Origin: an uncultured delta proteobacterium
GTDB lineage: Bacteria; Desulfobacterota; Binatia; UBA9968
Direction: 5' to 3'
DNA: 64,000 nucleotides
Assembly: GCA_963728565.1 (NCBI GenBank)
Contig: CAVSLC010000014.1
Coordinates: forward strand, 64,001-128,000
The notes beneath the pieces were generated by a model. The model was not told the DNA's origin. It did not search any database and saw nothing but the letters and a program-made list of their open reading frames with translations. Every line of letters starts with the position of its first letter. The stretch's first letter is position 1. This document shows, one piece after another, positions 1 to 10,592 of this stretch. Made by a program: the position numbers and the translations under genes.

Positions 1-381
1 GAAGGCTTGCTCCCTGCTGCCGAGCGCGTCAGCACGGGAGAAGCGGCAATTGGAGTTAGTTACATTAAATTTAGCTATCTATTCGGACTCAAGGGAGCCC
101 CGTTGGATTACATGCGTTCTGACAGAATGTTGGGCGAGGGAAGCTACATTATGTTGGCAAGCAAGCCGGTTAGCTCGAATGCTGGAAAGTCGTTCATCGA
201 CTTCTTTCTGGGTGATGAAAGCATGAAGATCATGGCGCAGCAGGGTGAATTCGTAACTCGAAAGGGAATCCATCCGCCAATTCCCGGGGCGGAGAAGATC
301 AAGTTCATTGAAATGACGCACTTCGATCAAAACGGCCTCGCGGAGAAGAGAAAAGAATATCAGAAAATATTCTTGCAGTAG
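1..381 (+). CDS. ABC transporter extracellular solute-binding protein (Fe3+/polyamine-like), 5'-truncated by the window edge
   Basis: Frame open from base 1; C-terminal lobe pattern (VSTGEAAIGV, NAGKSFIDFFL) typical of SBP_bac_6-like proteins. Confidence 0.7.
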   Translation, partial: EGLLPAAERVSTGEAAIGVSYIKFSYLFGLKGAPLDYMRSDRMLGEGSYIMLASKPVSSNAGKSFIDFFLGDESMKIMAQQGEFVTRKGIHPPIPGAEKIKFIEMTHFDQNGLAEKRKEYQKIFLQ

Positions 382-714
382 TTAGGCCAGGCAGCATTTC
401 CGCTGACCTGTCAATCCGGGGTGGCAGAACGGACATCAACTTTGTTCTCGTGTTTAGCCGTCAATTCCGTTTTGCTCAACTCACTACGTGCTCCGACCTC
501 CTGAACACAAATAACAGGTTTGCGTGCTGGGCTAACAGATCTTTTCGTACGCCTGCATCCGAACTACCGTCCGGGAGCTTCGGCTAAATGACCCGTCCAT
601 CCTCCTGTGCACCGTTATGTTCGACTTGTTAGTCGACGAGGTGGGTTCTGATCTCGCTGATCAATTGAGGATTGAGGCTGTCCGGAGGCCACAACGGCTG
701 CCCTGATGAGCACG

Positions 715-850
715 ATATGGAGGAACCGTTCTTGAATGAGTAAACTCCAGACTAATCGACAACCAGACGGTGCCGAATCGCCGGTAATTTCTGACGTATC
801 CGCCTTGGGTCCCTCTAGTTGAGGCACTCTCCATCCACCGGGGTTTTGCA
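715..850 (+). mobile_element. Possible IS110-family left-end/non-coding relic, no transposase
   Basis: CCAGACGGTGCC (763-774) can pair with GGCAC (823-827); GGGTCC at 807-812; TGGAG...CTCCA hairpin at 718-749. Resemblance to IS110 ends is from recall only. Confidence 0.3.
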
Positions 851-1154
851 TGAATCGAATCGACCCACACGAAATTGGAGATCCTCGTGTCGGCCGTTTC
901 GATCGCGCTGCTAGTAGGTTTAGCTGCTTGAGAGCTTCGATTTCTCGGGTACTCGAAGAAATTATCTAAACATCTGACCCTGAGCCGAAAAAATTTAGCA
1001 TGCTGCGGAAAAACCTAATATTGCAGTAAGTGCGAATTGATCTGATACAGGCCGAGGAGGAATTATCCGAGATCGAAATACAGTTTCTGTGATAGCTAAA
1101 GACTTACCCTGCTAATTGTCTCCTCTATCCACCGCACCTTACATTTGCATACGA

Positions 1155-2162
1155 TTATTGTGTAACCGGCTTCTGTTTGTATAGCTGCTTGATAAGCCCG
1201 GAAGATTCTAGCTCCTGGACAAAGCTCATATCCACATACGATTTAAGATCGACAGAGGTTGCTCTCGGGTCTGTGACCGCCAAGTCATCCATGAAAGTTT
1301 TCACCCCCCGACAGTCGGGTAAGGGGCTTCAGGGAAAATCCCTCTATACGCATTATAAGCTCGCTCTAATCCTTCCTGGTCATCGATTCTCAACCTCTTC
1401 GCAATAATCGCCTTTGTTCCTTCCTTATTGGTCTTGATGAAGTGAATAGCTTCCACCATCGCTCGAGTATAACGCGCTATGACTGGTCTCCTGGCCTTTA
1501 TGACGGATTCACGGGTGTGCGATGCATTCCAGTGAAACGGGATTTTTAAAGAGCCTATATCGAGAAAATCTTTTAAGTTGAGCCTTTCCGCTTCTCGCAC
1601 GAACGGCTCGGGCATATGGGTAAAGTGGGCGACCCCCTGGGAAATTGCTGCGAGCCGTTCCGGATTGCCTCCCCTTGGCACAAGCTTTACATCTTTGTTC
1701 GGATCGAGACCCAGCTTTCTCAGCGTTAATTTAATGCCGAGTTCAGACGATGTCCCGGCCCGGTTCACAGCTCCGACCCTGCCTTTCAGCTGTTCTATCT
1801 TCGTAATGCTTGGATGCGTGATCAAATTATTTACTAAGTTGGTATCAGACCCATGATCATAACGGTGTCACCGCCTGCCAGACGTGAGACAAGATTAGTA
1901 ACTGATCCTATGATCACGTCTACTTCTCCGGATAAGAGTACCTGAACCGCAGTAGAACTAGCGGCGATACTAATTATTTCACCGTCTATCCCATGTTTCT
2001 TTAGCAAGCCCTTTTCTTCCACAACCCAGATAGGGGTGTGGGCCGGGCTTGAACCAGACCAGGCGATTCTCAAACGGTCTTGGCCCATAGCTTGATCAGC
2101 AATCAATAAGAATACTATTAGAACAAACCAAAACCGGCAGATGTTCTGACCGTCTGCGACAT
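1155..2162 (-). pseudogene. NMT1/THI5/SsuA-type ABC substrate-binding protein, frameshifted
   Basis: ORFs 1834-2208 and 1301-1825 plus a third-frame C-terminus (SYVDMSFVQELESSGLIKQLY) join into one SBP; GAGG + ATG at 2162. The breaks may be sequencing errors. Confidence 0.8.
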
Positions 2163-2182
2163 AGAGTATACCTCGTAAACAG

Positions 2183-2225
2183 TCGGGCGTGTTCCTTGAA
2201 TCACTCATTCAAGGAACACGCCCGA
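2183..2225. repeat. Perfect 19-bp inverted repeat with 5-nt loop (intercistronic hairpin)
   Basis: TCGGGCGTGTTCCTTGAAT-cactc-ATTCAAGGAACACGCCCGA. Confidence 0.9.
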
Positions 2226-2244
2226 GTTAATGCCAAACCGAGAA

Positions 2245-3112
2245 TCAGTATCCAGCAACAGCTCGGACCGGAGTAGGCTTCTCTTCTGAGAATCCCTGCT
2301 TGAGCCACCATTCTGCCATCTCAGTACCTGTGACGAACCAAACCCCTTCATGGCTCTTCATGTATTCAATCATCTCGCGAAGGGCACTCGCTCGTCCGAG
2401 GCGGCTCGAAACATACGGACTTAATCGGAAGGTCGTGAACGTCGGCGCGATTGAGGATTCTCCATAGAGCTCATTGAAGAATCGTTTCCAGAGCGTCAGC
2501 GCATTGTCAGGATGATCTCCTGCACGGTTTTCATGGCCGTAAAGGCGGCCGTCTCCAAATGGTTGCCGTGGCAGTTCAACGAGGCTCGATTTGCCGTTGC
2601 TCCATACAAATGGGATATCATCGGCAAAGGAATTGCTGTTCCACAAGTATCCTTCTTCCATCAACAGCTCGACAGTATTGTCGCTCTGGGTGCAAGTACG
2701 CCAGCCGATCGGAGTCTTGCCGGTCACTTTTTCCAAGATGTCGGTTGTTCGACGGACGACGTCTTTTTCCTCGGTTCGCGAAAGGTCTCGCGCGATCTCA
2801 TGATGGAAGCCGTGCCCCGCAATTTCATGTCCTTGCTCGGCAATAGCTTTAGTAGCCTCCGGATATTCGTTGGGCAATCCCTCCACAGGTTAAAAATGTT
2901 GTCTTAACTTTAACCTCCTCAAGGACTCGCAGTATGCGCCAAATACCCGTTTTCGGACCGTATTCACCCTCGGCATAATCTTCATTGTTCATCTTGCCGC
3001 TAGGAAGAGGCCTGACGGGTTCGCCTCCTTGAAAGTCGAAGGTAATGGCAACGGCTACTCGACAGTTGTTGGGCCAGAAATAATTTTGTTTCGCATGGAG
3101 CTCTTTGAGCAC
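2245..3112 (-). pseudogene. Polysaccharide deacetylase / PuuE-allantoinase-like protein, frameshift near 2875
   Basis: WPNNCRVAVAITFD, EYGPKTGIWRIL, HEIAGHG motifs split over ORFs 2849-3133 and 2245-2886; AGGAGG precedes GTG at 3112. Confidence 0.85.
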
Positions 3113-3134
3113 GTCTGAACCTCCTATGGTCAAT

Positions 3135-3152
3135 TGAACAAACGTTTGCGCA
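3135..3152. promoter_or_regulatory. LacI-type operator candidate
   Basis: TGaaCAAACGTTTGcgCA, CG-centred palindrome just upstream of the deacetylase RBS and next to a LacI gene. Confidence 0.65.
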
Positions 3153-3176
3153 AAGGATTATTGACTCATATTAACC

Positions 3177-3194
3177 TTTGACATGGATGTCAAA
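3177..3194. promoter_or_regulatory. Palindrome containing a TTGACA -35 hexamer on each strand
   Basis: TTTGACAT-gg-ATGTCAAA, perfect 8-2-8 inverted repeat. Confidence 0.55.
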
Positions 3195-3226
3195 TGACCC
3201 GGGAAAGAAAAAGCCGCGTCGTATGT

Positions 3227-4278
3227 TCAGAGATCACGGGGGGCAGAACTTGATTCACGGAGTACTAGTTCTACAGGCAGAACTAAATGGATTCGTCCAA
3301 GATCGGACGATGCTTGCGTTGACATAAGCTTGATCAATTGCTCGGTCGCCAGCCTTCCTACGTCATAAAAAGGATACCTAATTGTAGTAAGAGAAGGCTG
3401 CACGTATTTCGCAAGAGGTACATCATCACATCCTATGACGGACAAGTCGGCCGGTACATGAACTCCCAATCGATGCGCAACGGCAAGAACTCCCAAAGCG
3501 ACGAGATCGTTGGCTGTGAAAATAGCCGTCGGATTTCCTTCAGAGGATTTCATGAGTTCAATGAGCGCGTGCTCCCCCGCCCTCTCGTCCATACCACCGG
3601 TCGGAATTTGGTGTACGATCTCGGGCAACTCCAACGATTGCATGGTTTCCCGATATCCGGCCAGTCGGCTGGCCGTGCGACTGATCTCTTCAGAGCCCGC
3701 AATGTGAGCAATTTTTCGGTGCCCTAGCCGGGCCAGGTACTCGACAGCTAACTGTGCGCCCCGCCGATCATCAGGTATGACAGAGGCATCCTCATCAGTG
3801 TCCCGTCGACGATTCATCAAGACATACGGCAAACGCCTGGAACTGAGTTTTCCAATCGGCACATCAGTACGATGAGCGGTAGCAATCAGTAAACCATCAA
3901 CGTGGCCATCGCTCAGAGCGTCCAAATGCTCCTGAAAGCGCAATTCGCTGTCACCCGTGTTGCAGAGTATTACGTGATAGCCGGCAGCGGACGCGACGTC
4001 ATCAACCGACCTAAACAGCGCCGAAAAAGAGGGTTCGTTATGTCGGGGATCAACATCCCAATGACCTGACTGCGTTGATATCTTAGCGAGCGAGCCAGAC
4101 GATTTGGGCGATATCCCGTCTGTGATGCAATATTTAGGATGCGAATCCGGCTTGGCTCGGAAATGCGTAGATTTGGATCACGATTCAATACACGTGAAAC
4201 CGTTGATGGACTCACTCCTGCCAGCGCGGCGATCTTCCGCAATGTTATAGGACTTTCTACTTTGTTTGGAGTTTCCAC
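3227..4278 (-). pseudogene. LacI-family transcriptional regulator, frameshift near 4015
   Basis: HTH ITLRKIAALAGVSPSTVSRVLN and YRPNRLARSL in 3970-4278; sugar-binding domain (PTAIFTAND, VPADLSVIGCDD, PSLTTI) in 3227-3943. Confidence 0.9.
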
Positions 4279-4453
4279 GATAATTCCAGCGTTGGATTCG
4301 ATTCTGCTTTTACATGTGTGACTGGGCCACGCAGCTCCGCAACATGTCGGTAGCGAACGTGGGATCTTGATATCCGAGTGTTCGTGTTATCAAGTAGCTC
4401 TCGGGCAGGGATCTTTAACTTGAGAACGCAAACAATTGAAAATCCTAACGCTC

Positions 4454-4960
4454 CTACCGCTCAGCTGCTACCCTAAACTTTCGCTGCGCCTTAACGATAT
4501 TACCCCACAAATTTTTCCAGAAGTAGGTTATTGGAAACCGTTTGAAGCCGGTGATGCGCAAATCCGCGGCCAGGCACGCATCGAGCAGTTCTTCGCGGCT
4601 GTAGCGGTTCGCCTGCCATAGCCGCTCAATAAGTATTCGGTTGAGCCGGTTCTTGCGGGTGAGGGAAGAGAAGCAGCCAACCATTAGGAGCAAGGCACGC
4701 ACGCAAAGTCCGTAGCGCTGATGTCCTCCCCGCCTCGATGGAGCGCATACACCCTAAATGAATCGCAACGACACGAGGACTTTCTATTCTCGTAGCATCT
4801 TCAGCTGCCAGAAAACTCAACGTAAATTATGTGCTTTGCCATTGCTTTGCCTGAACCGTTCAACGAATGCGATAGCCTGCTTTCGGTTCAAATATCCGTG
4901 CTCCTCAAACCTGCTACAGAAGTTCCACTTCCGGTACCCAGCGCCCTAATAGCGTAACAC
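4454..4960 (-). pseudogene. Decayed class I SAM-dependent methyltransferase-like fragment
   Basis: SALRTLRACLAPNGWLLLF joins out of frame to TRKNRLNRILIERLWQANRYSREEL...WGNIVKA; 5' part is interrupted. Confidence 0.4.
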
Positions 4961-5057
4961 TCGTCAGATTGATATCGTTGGCGTCACTGTCGATGAATTT
5001 TGTTTACATCGTATTTAACACAGATTAGAACCATCTGAAGAGCGGTGGAAAACAGGA

Positions 5058-5626
5058 TGACCCCGAAAGAGCTGATTGCAACCATCAGACACGACGTAAC
5101 GGACACAAAAGAGAAAGGACTATCTTCATACCGGTAGAGAATCTATTCGCCTACTTGGAGGAATTGGAGAATAACTCAAAACATCCAGCCGACCAACTCA
5201 TGCTGCCTCAAGACTTGGAACGATATAAAGCCGAATTAGAGGCGTGGCGGTCGGATAGAACTGAATTATTGACTTGCGGTAACTTTAGCTGCTCAAAATG
5301 CTCTGAAAAGTGCGATGTTGATTAATGGCGGTGCGGCAGTTGCGCTGCTCGCCTTCATCGGTCACGTCTGGACACCGCACGGCTCGCCTCTCCTGAAAGC
5401 GATAGCAGGCACCCTGATCTGGTTTGTCATCGGAGTTTTGCTCGACGCCATCTCCGCCGCATGTTTCTACTTCACGCAATGGTCCTATGCAACGTCCGAT
5501 GATTCAGGAGATAAGTATTTCATAGCGGCAGTGATTTTTCATGTCTCGGCAGTTTTGCTTGTCCTGACCTCTTACGGGACCTTCGCATATGGAACATTCC
5601 TAGTCTACTGCGCATTAATCAAGTGA
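5058..5626 (+). pseudogene. Hypothetical 3-TM membrane protein (INGGAAVALLAF motif), frameshifted N-terminus
   Basis: ATG 5058 MTPKELIATIRHD, then a helical segment LERYKAELEAWR in another frame, then hydrophobic ORF 5315-5626. Confidence 0.55.
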
Positions 5627-6567
5627 AGGCCGCATTTTGATGGATGTTCTAAAAGGAACAGGAAGCAATAGAAAGCTGGAAGGCATCACCAGAGCAAAAA
5701 GCAAGATACAATAGAGTCTTAGAATAAGGTACGAGGTGATGGGGCGAGTCGCTTGAATGAAGTTGGGCCGGCGGCAGGGAGGTCTAAATGATTTATTGGA
5801 TTCCTGTTCTGCCGCCTCACTCATGTTCGCGTATGAGACTTGCTTCACTGAGTCGACGCTGATGCTCGGAACTCGCTAACCACGCCATAAATGTTGAAAG
5901 TAGGTCAACGGATTAACGAACGAAGTCGGCGCCTTCAGCCCCATCAGGACATCTTCTGCGTCCCCGTCCTTTTGCAAGAGAAGCAGCCTGCATTACGCTC
6001 CCGGCGAATAGCCATCGTATCAGTAGAGGCGGGTTTATATCGGTGCGGCAGGCTACAAGTCAAAGCGAGTTTTTTGCTTGGTTAGTGGAACGGCCTTAAA
6101 GACCCAAGCGATCATTATTCTCTAGAAACTATAAATTTGCCGGCTCGAACTGGATAAAAAGATGTTCGGAAGTTCAGTTGCCGGTCTCCTTGTCGTCACG
6201 TCAGTGCTTTTGGTTAGGCGCAGGCGAAGAAACGTGTGCCGTCAAATGTCGTTAGCGCAGTCGGCGATGGTTTGCCCATTGCCGAATCTGCGGTGCGAAG
6301 CAGGACTAAGGGGCTCCACCGGGGGCGCCGTCAAGTTTTAAAGAATGCACGTCGCGGCAACGAGCATCATTGAAAGGTAGAAAGCCACAGAGGCGACACC
6401 TGTAAACGATGAATAAAACAATCTCAACTTAGGAAGCTCGCCGGCCCTAAAGCTTATGCACCGATAGTAGAGAGGTACAGAAGACGCGCGTAAAAAGCAT
6501 TCTCCACACAATGATATTCCTTTATCCTTATTGCCACTGAGACAAAGAGCTGAGAACGGAGTTATCT

Positions 6568-7537
6568 CTACAGTTTTTCGAAAAACCCTTCCGCCTCGAG
6601 CTCGTTCATCAGACTCTCATCGAGGACTTCGGCGGCCAGATTTTTGGTTTTTGCCGCAGGGGTCGTTTGCGCAAGCAACTCAACGGCATTTTGCAAACCC
6701 TGCCGATCGACCCTCGGAGGATAGGACAATTTCCCGGAAAAGAAGTTGAAAGTATCATCTAGCACGGCGGGATCCTGTCTTAAGACGCTTTCCATAAACC
6801 TGGAGCGCTCTTTTTTATTGCTCACAAGCGCGTGCACCCCCTCGCTAAAGGCTTGTAAAAATCGTTTGACTACCGGGCGATTCTTCTCCAAGAAGGCACG
6901 GCGAGTCATGATGACGTGCAGGGGAAAACGCGCCTTCAACTCGCTCAGGTCGGCGAGCAGATTAAAACCCATCTGTTGGGCTTTGGTCGACTCGGGAGGA
7001 GCCAGAACCGTCGCGTCGATGGCGCCGGCGGAGAGACCCACTAGACGACTCGATGCTCCGCCGCTGGGCAAAAGCGTGACTGACTGCCGCGGAATATTCC
7101 ATTCTCTTAGGGCCGAAGTGACGGCCAACTCGTTGGAGCCGCCAAAGTTGACGATACCCATCTTTTTACCGACCAAATCGGCAGGCTGCCTGATATTCTT
7201 CTGGGTTACGATACTGAAGGGAAACTTATTCAACGAACCGGTTATGATGACAATATCGGCTCCCTAGAGGCGGGCGTTCATTGCCGCCGTGCCATCTCCT
7301 TGCGGCGAATTGCGTGGTTCCACCGACCAACGCTTGGATGCCGCGCGAGCTGCCAGCGATCATCACCACTTCCGCGCTCAGGCCATACTTGTCCAGTAGA
7401 CCTAAATCTTTGGCGGCCCACACCGGAGCCTGAAAGCCGGAAACGCCGCCGTAGCTGATCGTGTAGGTCTCGTTGGCTGGCGATATGGAGGGAGTAACCA
7501 AGCACAAGGCCAGAAAAGCGATTTGAGCCATTTTCAT
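6568..7537 (-). pseudogene. NMT1/SsuA-type substrate-binding protein, frameshifted near 7295
   Basis: Signal peptide, APVWAAKDLGLLDKYGL, DLVGKKMGI, C-terminal LMNELEAEGFFEKL; close paralog of 52926-53942. Confidence 0.85.
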
Positions 7538-7938
7538 AAGATATTCCTTTATTGGTAATGGGGAGATCTATCCGAATCGCAATCAATCCTCCAGGTATGC
7601 GCGGGGGGGTCTCCTTTGGCTAAAGCCCCGGCCATGGTGAAACCTTCCACCACACGCACAACGTGAGGTGGTTTTGGACTGAAACATGAAACGAGACGCC
7701 GCGGCTGTCTATCCGGAAAATCCGTCCCTATCGCCACTTCCCCGGACCAAGGTCACGACGGATTTCGATAAAATACGCAATGTCGCCGAGGCTTGTTTGA
7801 AGCAGCGGGAACTCTACTGTATTTCCGTCAAAGTCTATTACAACGGTAGCCGGAATAGTCATGTACAAGAGTAGTGCATTATTTCCGCAATCCTGAGAAA
7901 AAGGTTTGCCACCTATTACATGCTTATCGGCGGGAGTC

Positions 7939-7958
7939 AATTTTGCCTAGGCAAAATT
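7939..7958. promoter_or_regulatory. Perfect 20-bp palindrome, MarR-like operator core TTGCC-N2-GGCAA
   Basis: AATTTTGCCTAGGCAAAATT between divergent units, abutting a minus-strand TTGACT. Confidence 0.7.
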
Positions 7959-8142
7959 TGTACTTTTCAACACAAGGTCGGCCGATGGGGACCAAAGTTG
8001 CGTCTAGCTTAAGCGCAGAATTGACGTAAATCAGAAGTAGTGTTATGGGGATTGTCCACAGATAGTCCGAACCCGATCAAATCCAGCCTACAACAAACTG
8101 ATAAAGATCGCGGCTGTCGTTCACGATGGAGAAATCACGCGC

Positions 8143-8669
8143 ATGATGGATCAAGAGACGGTGCAAATTTTCATCGAGACCCTCAAGGAGGAGGGCATCG
8201 AAATGGTTGTAACATTGCCGGAGGATCCCAGCTATTCATTGACGGCAGCAATCCGCGCCGATCCCTATTTTACCGATATTTCCGTGGCCGGCGAAGGGCA
8301 CGGCATAGCGCTTTGCGCCGGTGCTTCGCTCGGCGGCAGGAAATGTGTTTTTATGACGGGAATCGCCGGTCTGCTCATGGGAGGATTTGCTTTGGCGCAA
8401 ATCAGCTCCCTTTACGCAATTCCGCTCTTGATTACGGTATCCTATCGAGGCGACGTTGGTGATCGCAGCGGCATTCCGTCGGGGACCCTCGCAATGTTCA
8501 ATAAGTTGGCCGAGCCGTTTTTGCAGGGTTTGCGAATTCCGTATCGCATCGTCGACGAGAAACGCCGCCTGAAAGCGGTATGATTCGCGATGCTCATTTT
8601 TCCTGCCGGCAGTACAGTTCACCGATTGTCTTGCTTTTAACGGGGGAGGTTCTGTGGTCAAACGGCTAG
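8143..8669 (+). pseudogene. Sulfopyruvate/phosphonopyruvate decarboxylase alpha-like (ComD-like) subunit, frameshift near 8575
   Basis: TPP N-terminal domain (VVTLPE, EGHGIALCAGASLGG, IPLLITVSYRGDVGD); C-terminus IRDAH...PIVLLLTGEVLW in another frame. Confidence 0.75.
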
Positions 8670-9262
8670 ATTGTCTGAAACTTGTGGCCTCCTGGATGGA
8701 CGACCACATGCTGTCGGTAAGCAGCCTTTCAAACAACGCGCGAGAATGGCCTTCCGTTTGCGGGAATGGGCATCACTTTCATAATTTGAACATGGGCATG
8801 TGCCTGTCATTTGCGCTGGGCTTAAGTCTGGCTTTTCCGAAGAGAAAAGTTTTCGCCCTGGAATCTGACGGAAGCCTGCTAGTCGATACCAGCAGCCTGG
8901 TAACACTCGCCGATGTAAATCCGCCGAACTTAATTGCGCTCGTGTTCGACAATCAGGAATACGGCAAAATGGGGCCGACCGCCACGTCCAGAAAAGCCGA
9001 TTTGAAACTTATCGCTCAAGGCGCTGGCGTCAAGGATACCGCAACGGTCAGAACCATGGACGAATTCAACTCACGAGCGAAGGCCGCCGTTGACGGTTCC
9101 GGTTTGAAATTCTTCGTCGTTAAAGTCGAGCCTGGCAGAGCTCCGGTAGGTGATTATCTGCGTACGGACGGCCGCGCAATGAAAGAGTTGTTTCTGCAGA
9201 AGTTGCTAAGCCATCCCGATTATTGGGGGAAGGAGAAAATCGTCACGGTGAACCCTAAGTAA
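8654..9262 (+). CDS. Sulfopyruvate/phosphonopyruvate decarboxylase beta-like (ComE-like) TPP-binding subunit
   Basis: MGMCLSFALGL, ESDGSLL...VFDNQEY (variant of GDG..NN TPP motif). Confidence 0.8.
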   Translation: MVKRLDCLKLVASWMDDHMLSVSSLSNNAREWPSVCGNGHHFHNLNMGMCLSFALGLSLAFPKRKVFALESDGSLLVDTSSLVTLADVNPPNLIALVFDNQEYGKMGPTATSRKADLKLIAQGAGVKDTATVRTMDEFNSRAKAAVDGSGLKFFVVKVEPGRAPVGDYLRTDGRAMKELFLQKLLSHPDYWGKEKIVTVNPK

Positions 9263-9362
9263 GCCGCAAGGTCCCAAATCAAAAATTGCTTGAGCTGTGG
9301 AATCAGCGAGTCAAACACGTTTGCTCCTGAATTCGCAAACCCATACTCGCATGGAGTGGAGA

Positions 9363-10557
9363 ATGGCCAGTCTTAACAAAAGCAGTCGCAATCGATCCGT
9401 TGTTACCCACAAGGATTTAGTGCATGTCGGCCCGGGAACTCTCGCCGGACGGTATCTGCGGCAATTTTGGCATCCGGTCGCAGTTTCCGCTGACTTGTTC
9501 CCCGGCGAAGCCAAGCCAGCGCGACTCCTCGGCGAAGATTTTACCCTTTATCGAGGTGAAGGCGGGGTAGCGCACGCCGTCGCTTTTCGGTGTGCGCACC
9601 GCGGAAGTTTGCTCTCTACCGGCTGGGTGGAAGATGACTGCATCCGCTGTATGTCTCACGGGTGGAAATACGACGCAGACGGACAGTGTGTGGAACAACC
9701 TGCTTCAGGATCCCCCCTTCGCAAAAAAGATTCGCCTTCGCAGCTATCCGGCGCGGGATTATCTGGGACGATCTTCGTCTATCTGGGAGAAGGAGCGATC
9801 GCGCCGTTTCCCAGATATCCGCATTACGAAGATCAGGGAGTCCTGGAAGTACTTCCGGTGCAGAACTGGCCGTGCAATTATCTGCAGGTCCTCGAAAACT
9901 TTCCCGATATTGTTCATGTGGCGTTTGTCCACCGAAATTCCTATCTCTTGCAAGATGAGCGAACCGGGATTCCGACATTTTTAACCGACGAGAGCGACTG
10001 GGGCTACACCACGCAGGCTTTTTTTCCGGCGGGGATGTATCACTGTTTTCAATTCGGTATGCCGAACATTACCGATTTTCGGCTACCCTCGATTGATCCG
10101 GAGATTCCCTATCAGGATCGCCTCCATTCGAGCGTCCCGCTAGACGACGAGAACGCGGCAATCTTTCGCCTGCGACTCTCACGAATTACAGGGGAAGCCG
10201 CCACGCGCTATTGTAACGAGCAGGGTGCGGCACCGGCTGTTCGCAATGGGCCGACAGTCGCGGAGCTCGGGGAAAAAATTATTGCGGGTAGGGCGAGGCT
10301 CAAGGACCTCGGCAAGCTCACGGATGATACTGTGGTCATCTCGAATGCCCAGGACTACGTCGCCCAAATCGGGCAGGGACGCATCGTCGATCGGAAATAC
10401 GAGCATCTCGGTCGGTCCGACCTAGGGGTCATCCTGTTGCGCAAAATCTTCGAGCGCAAAGCTCCGCGCGTTTGCCGAGGGGCGCGAACAGAAAAAATGG
10501 TTTCGCCCGGAGAGCCTGCCAGTCAAACTGGAAAACCGAAACCCGGCAGCGAGCTAG
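9363..10557 (+). pseudogene. Rieske non-heme iron oxygenase alpha subunit (phthalate 4,5-dioxygenase/LigX-like group), internal compensating frameshifts
   Basis: HVGPGTLAGRYLRQFWHPV, CAH-x16-CMSHGW, ENFPDIVHVAFVH, QDYVAQIGQG, EHLGRSD; segments FAKKIRLRSYP and LRAFAEG lie in other frames. Confidence 0.85.
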
Positions 10558-10592
10558 CCACTGCCCTTGCTGCGACGCGCTCGTCGACGATA

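Noticed and set aside
700-785. CTGATGAG as a hammerhead ribozyme core
   Set aside because: No correctly placed GAAA or stems I/III
5630-6560. Possible ncRNA or gene remnants, including a 10-bp hairpin near 6261-6285
   Set aside because: No known motif or coherent frame; probably eroded DNA
7549-7940. Two short minus-strand ORFs that might join into a ~95-aa protein
   Set aside because: No recognisable family or clear RBS; cannot be supported
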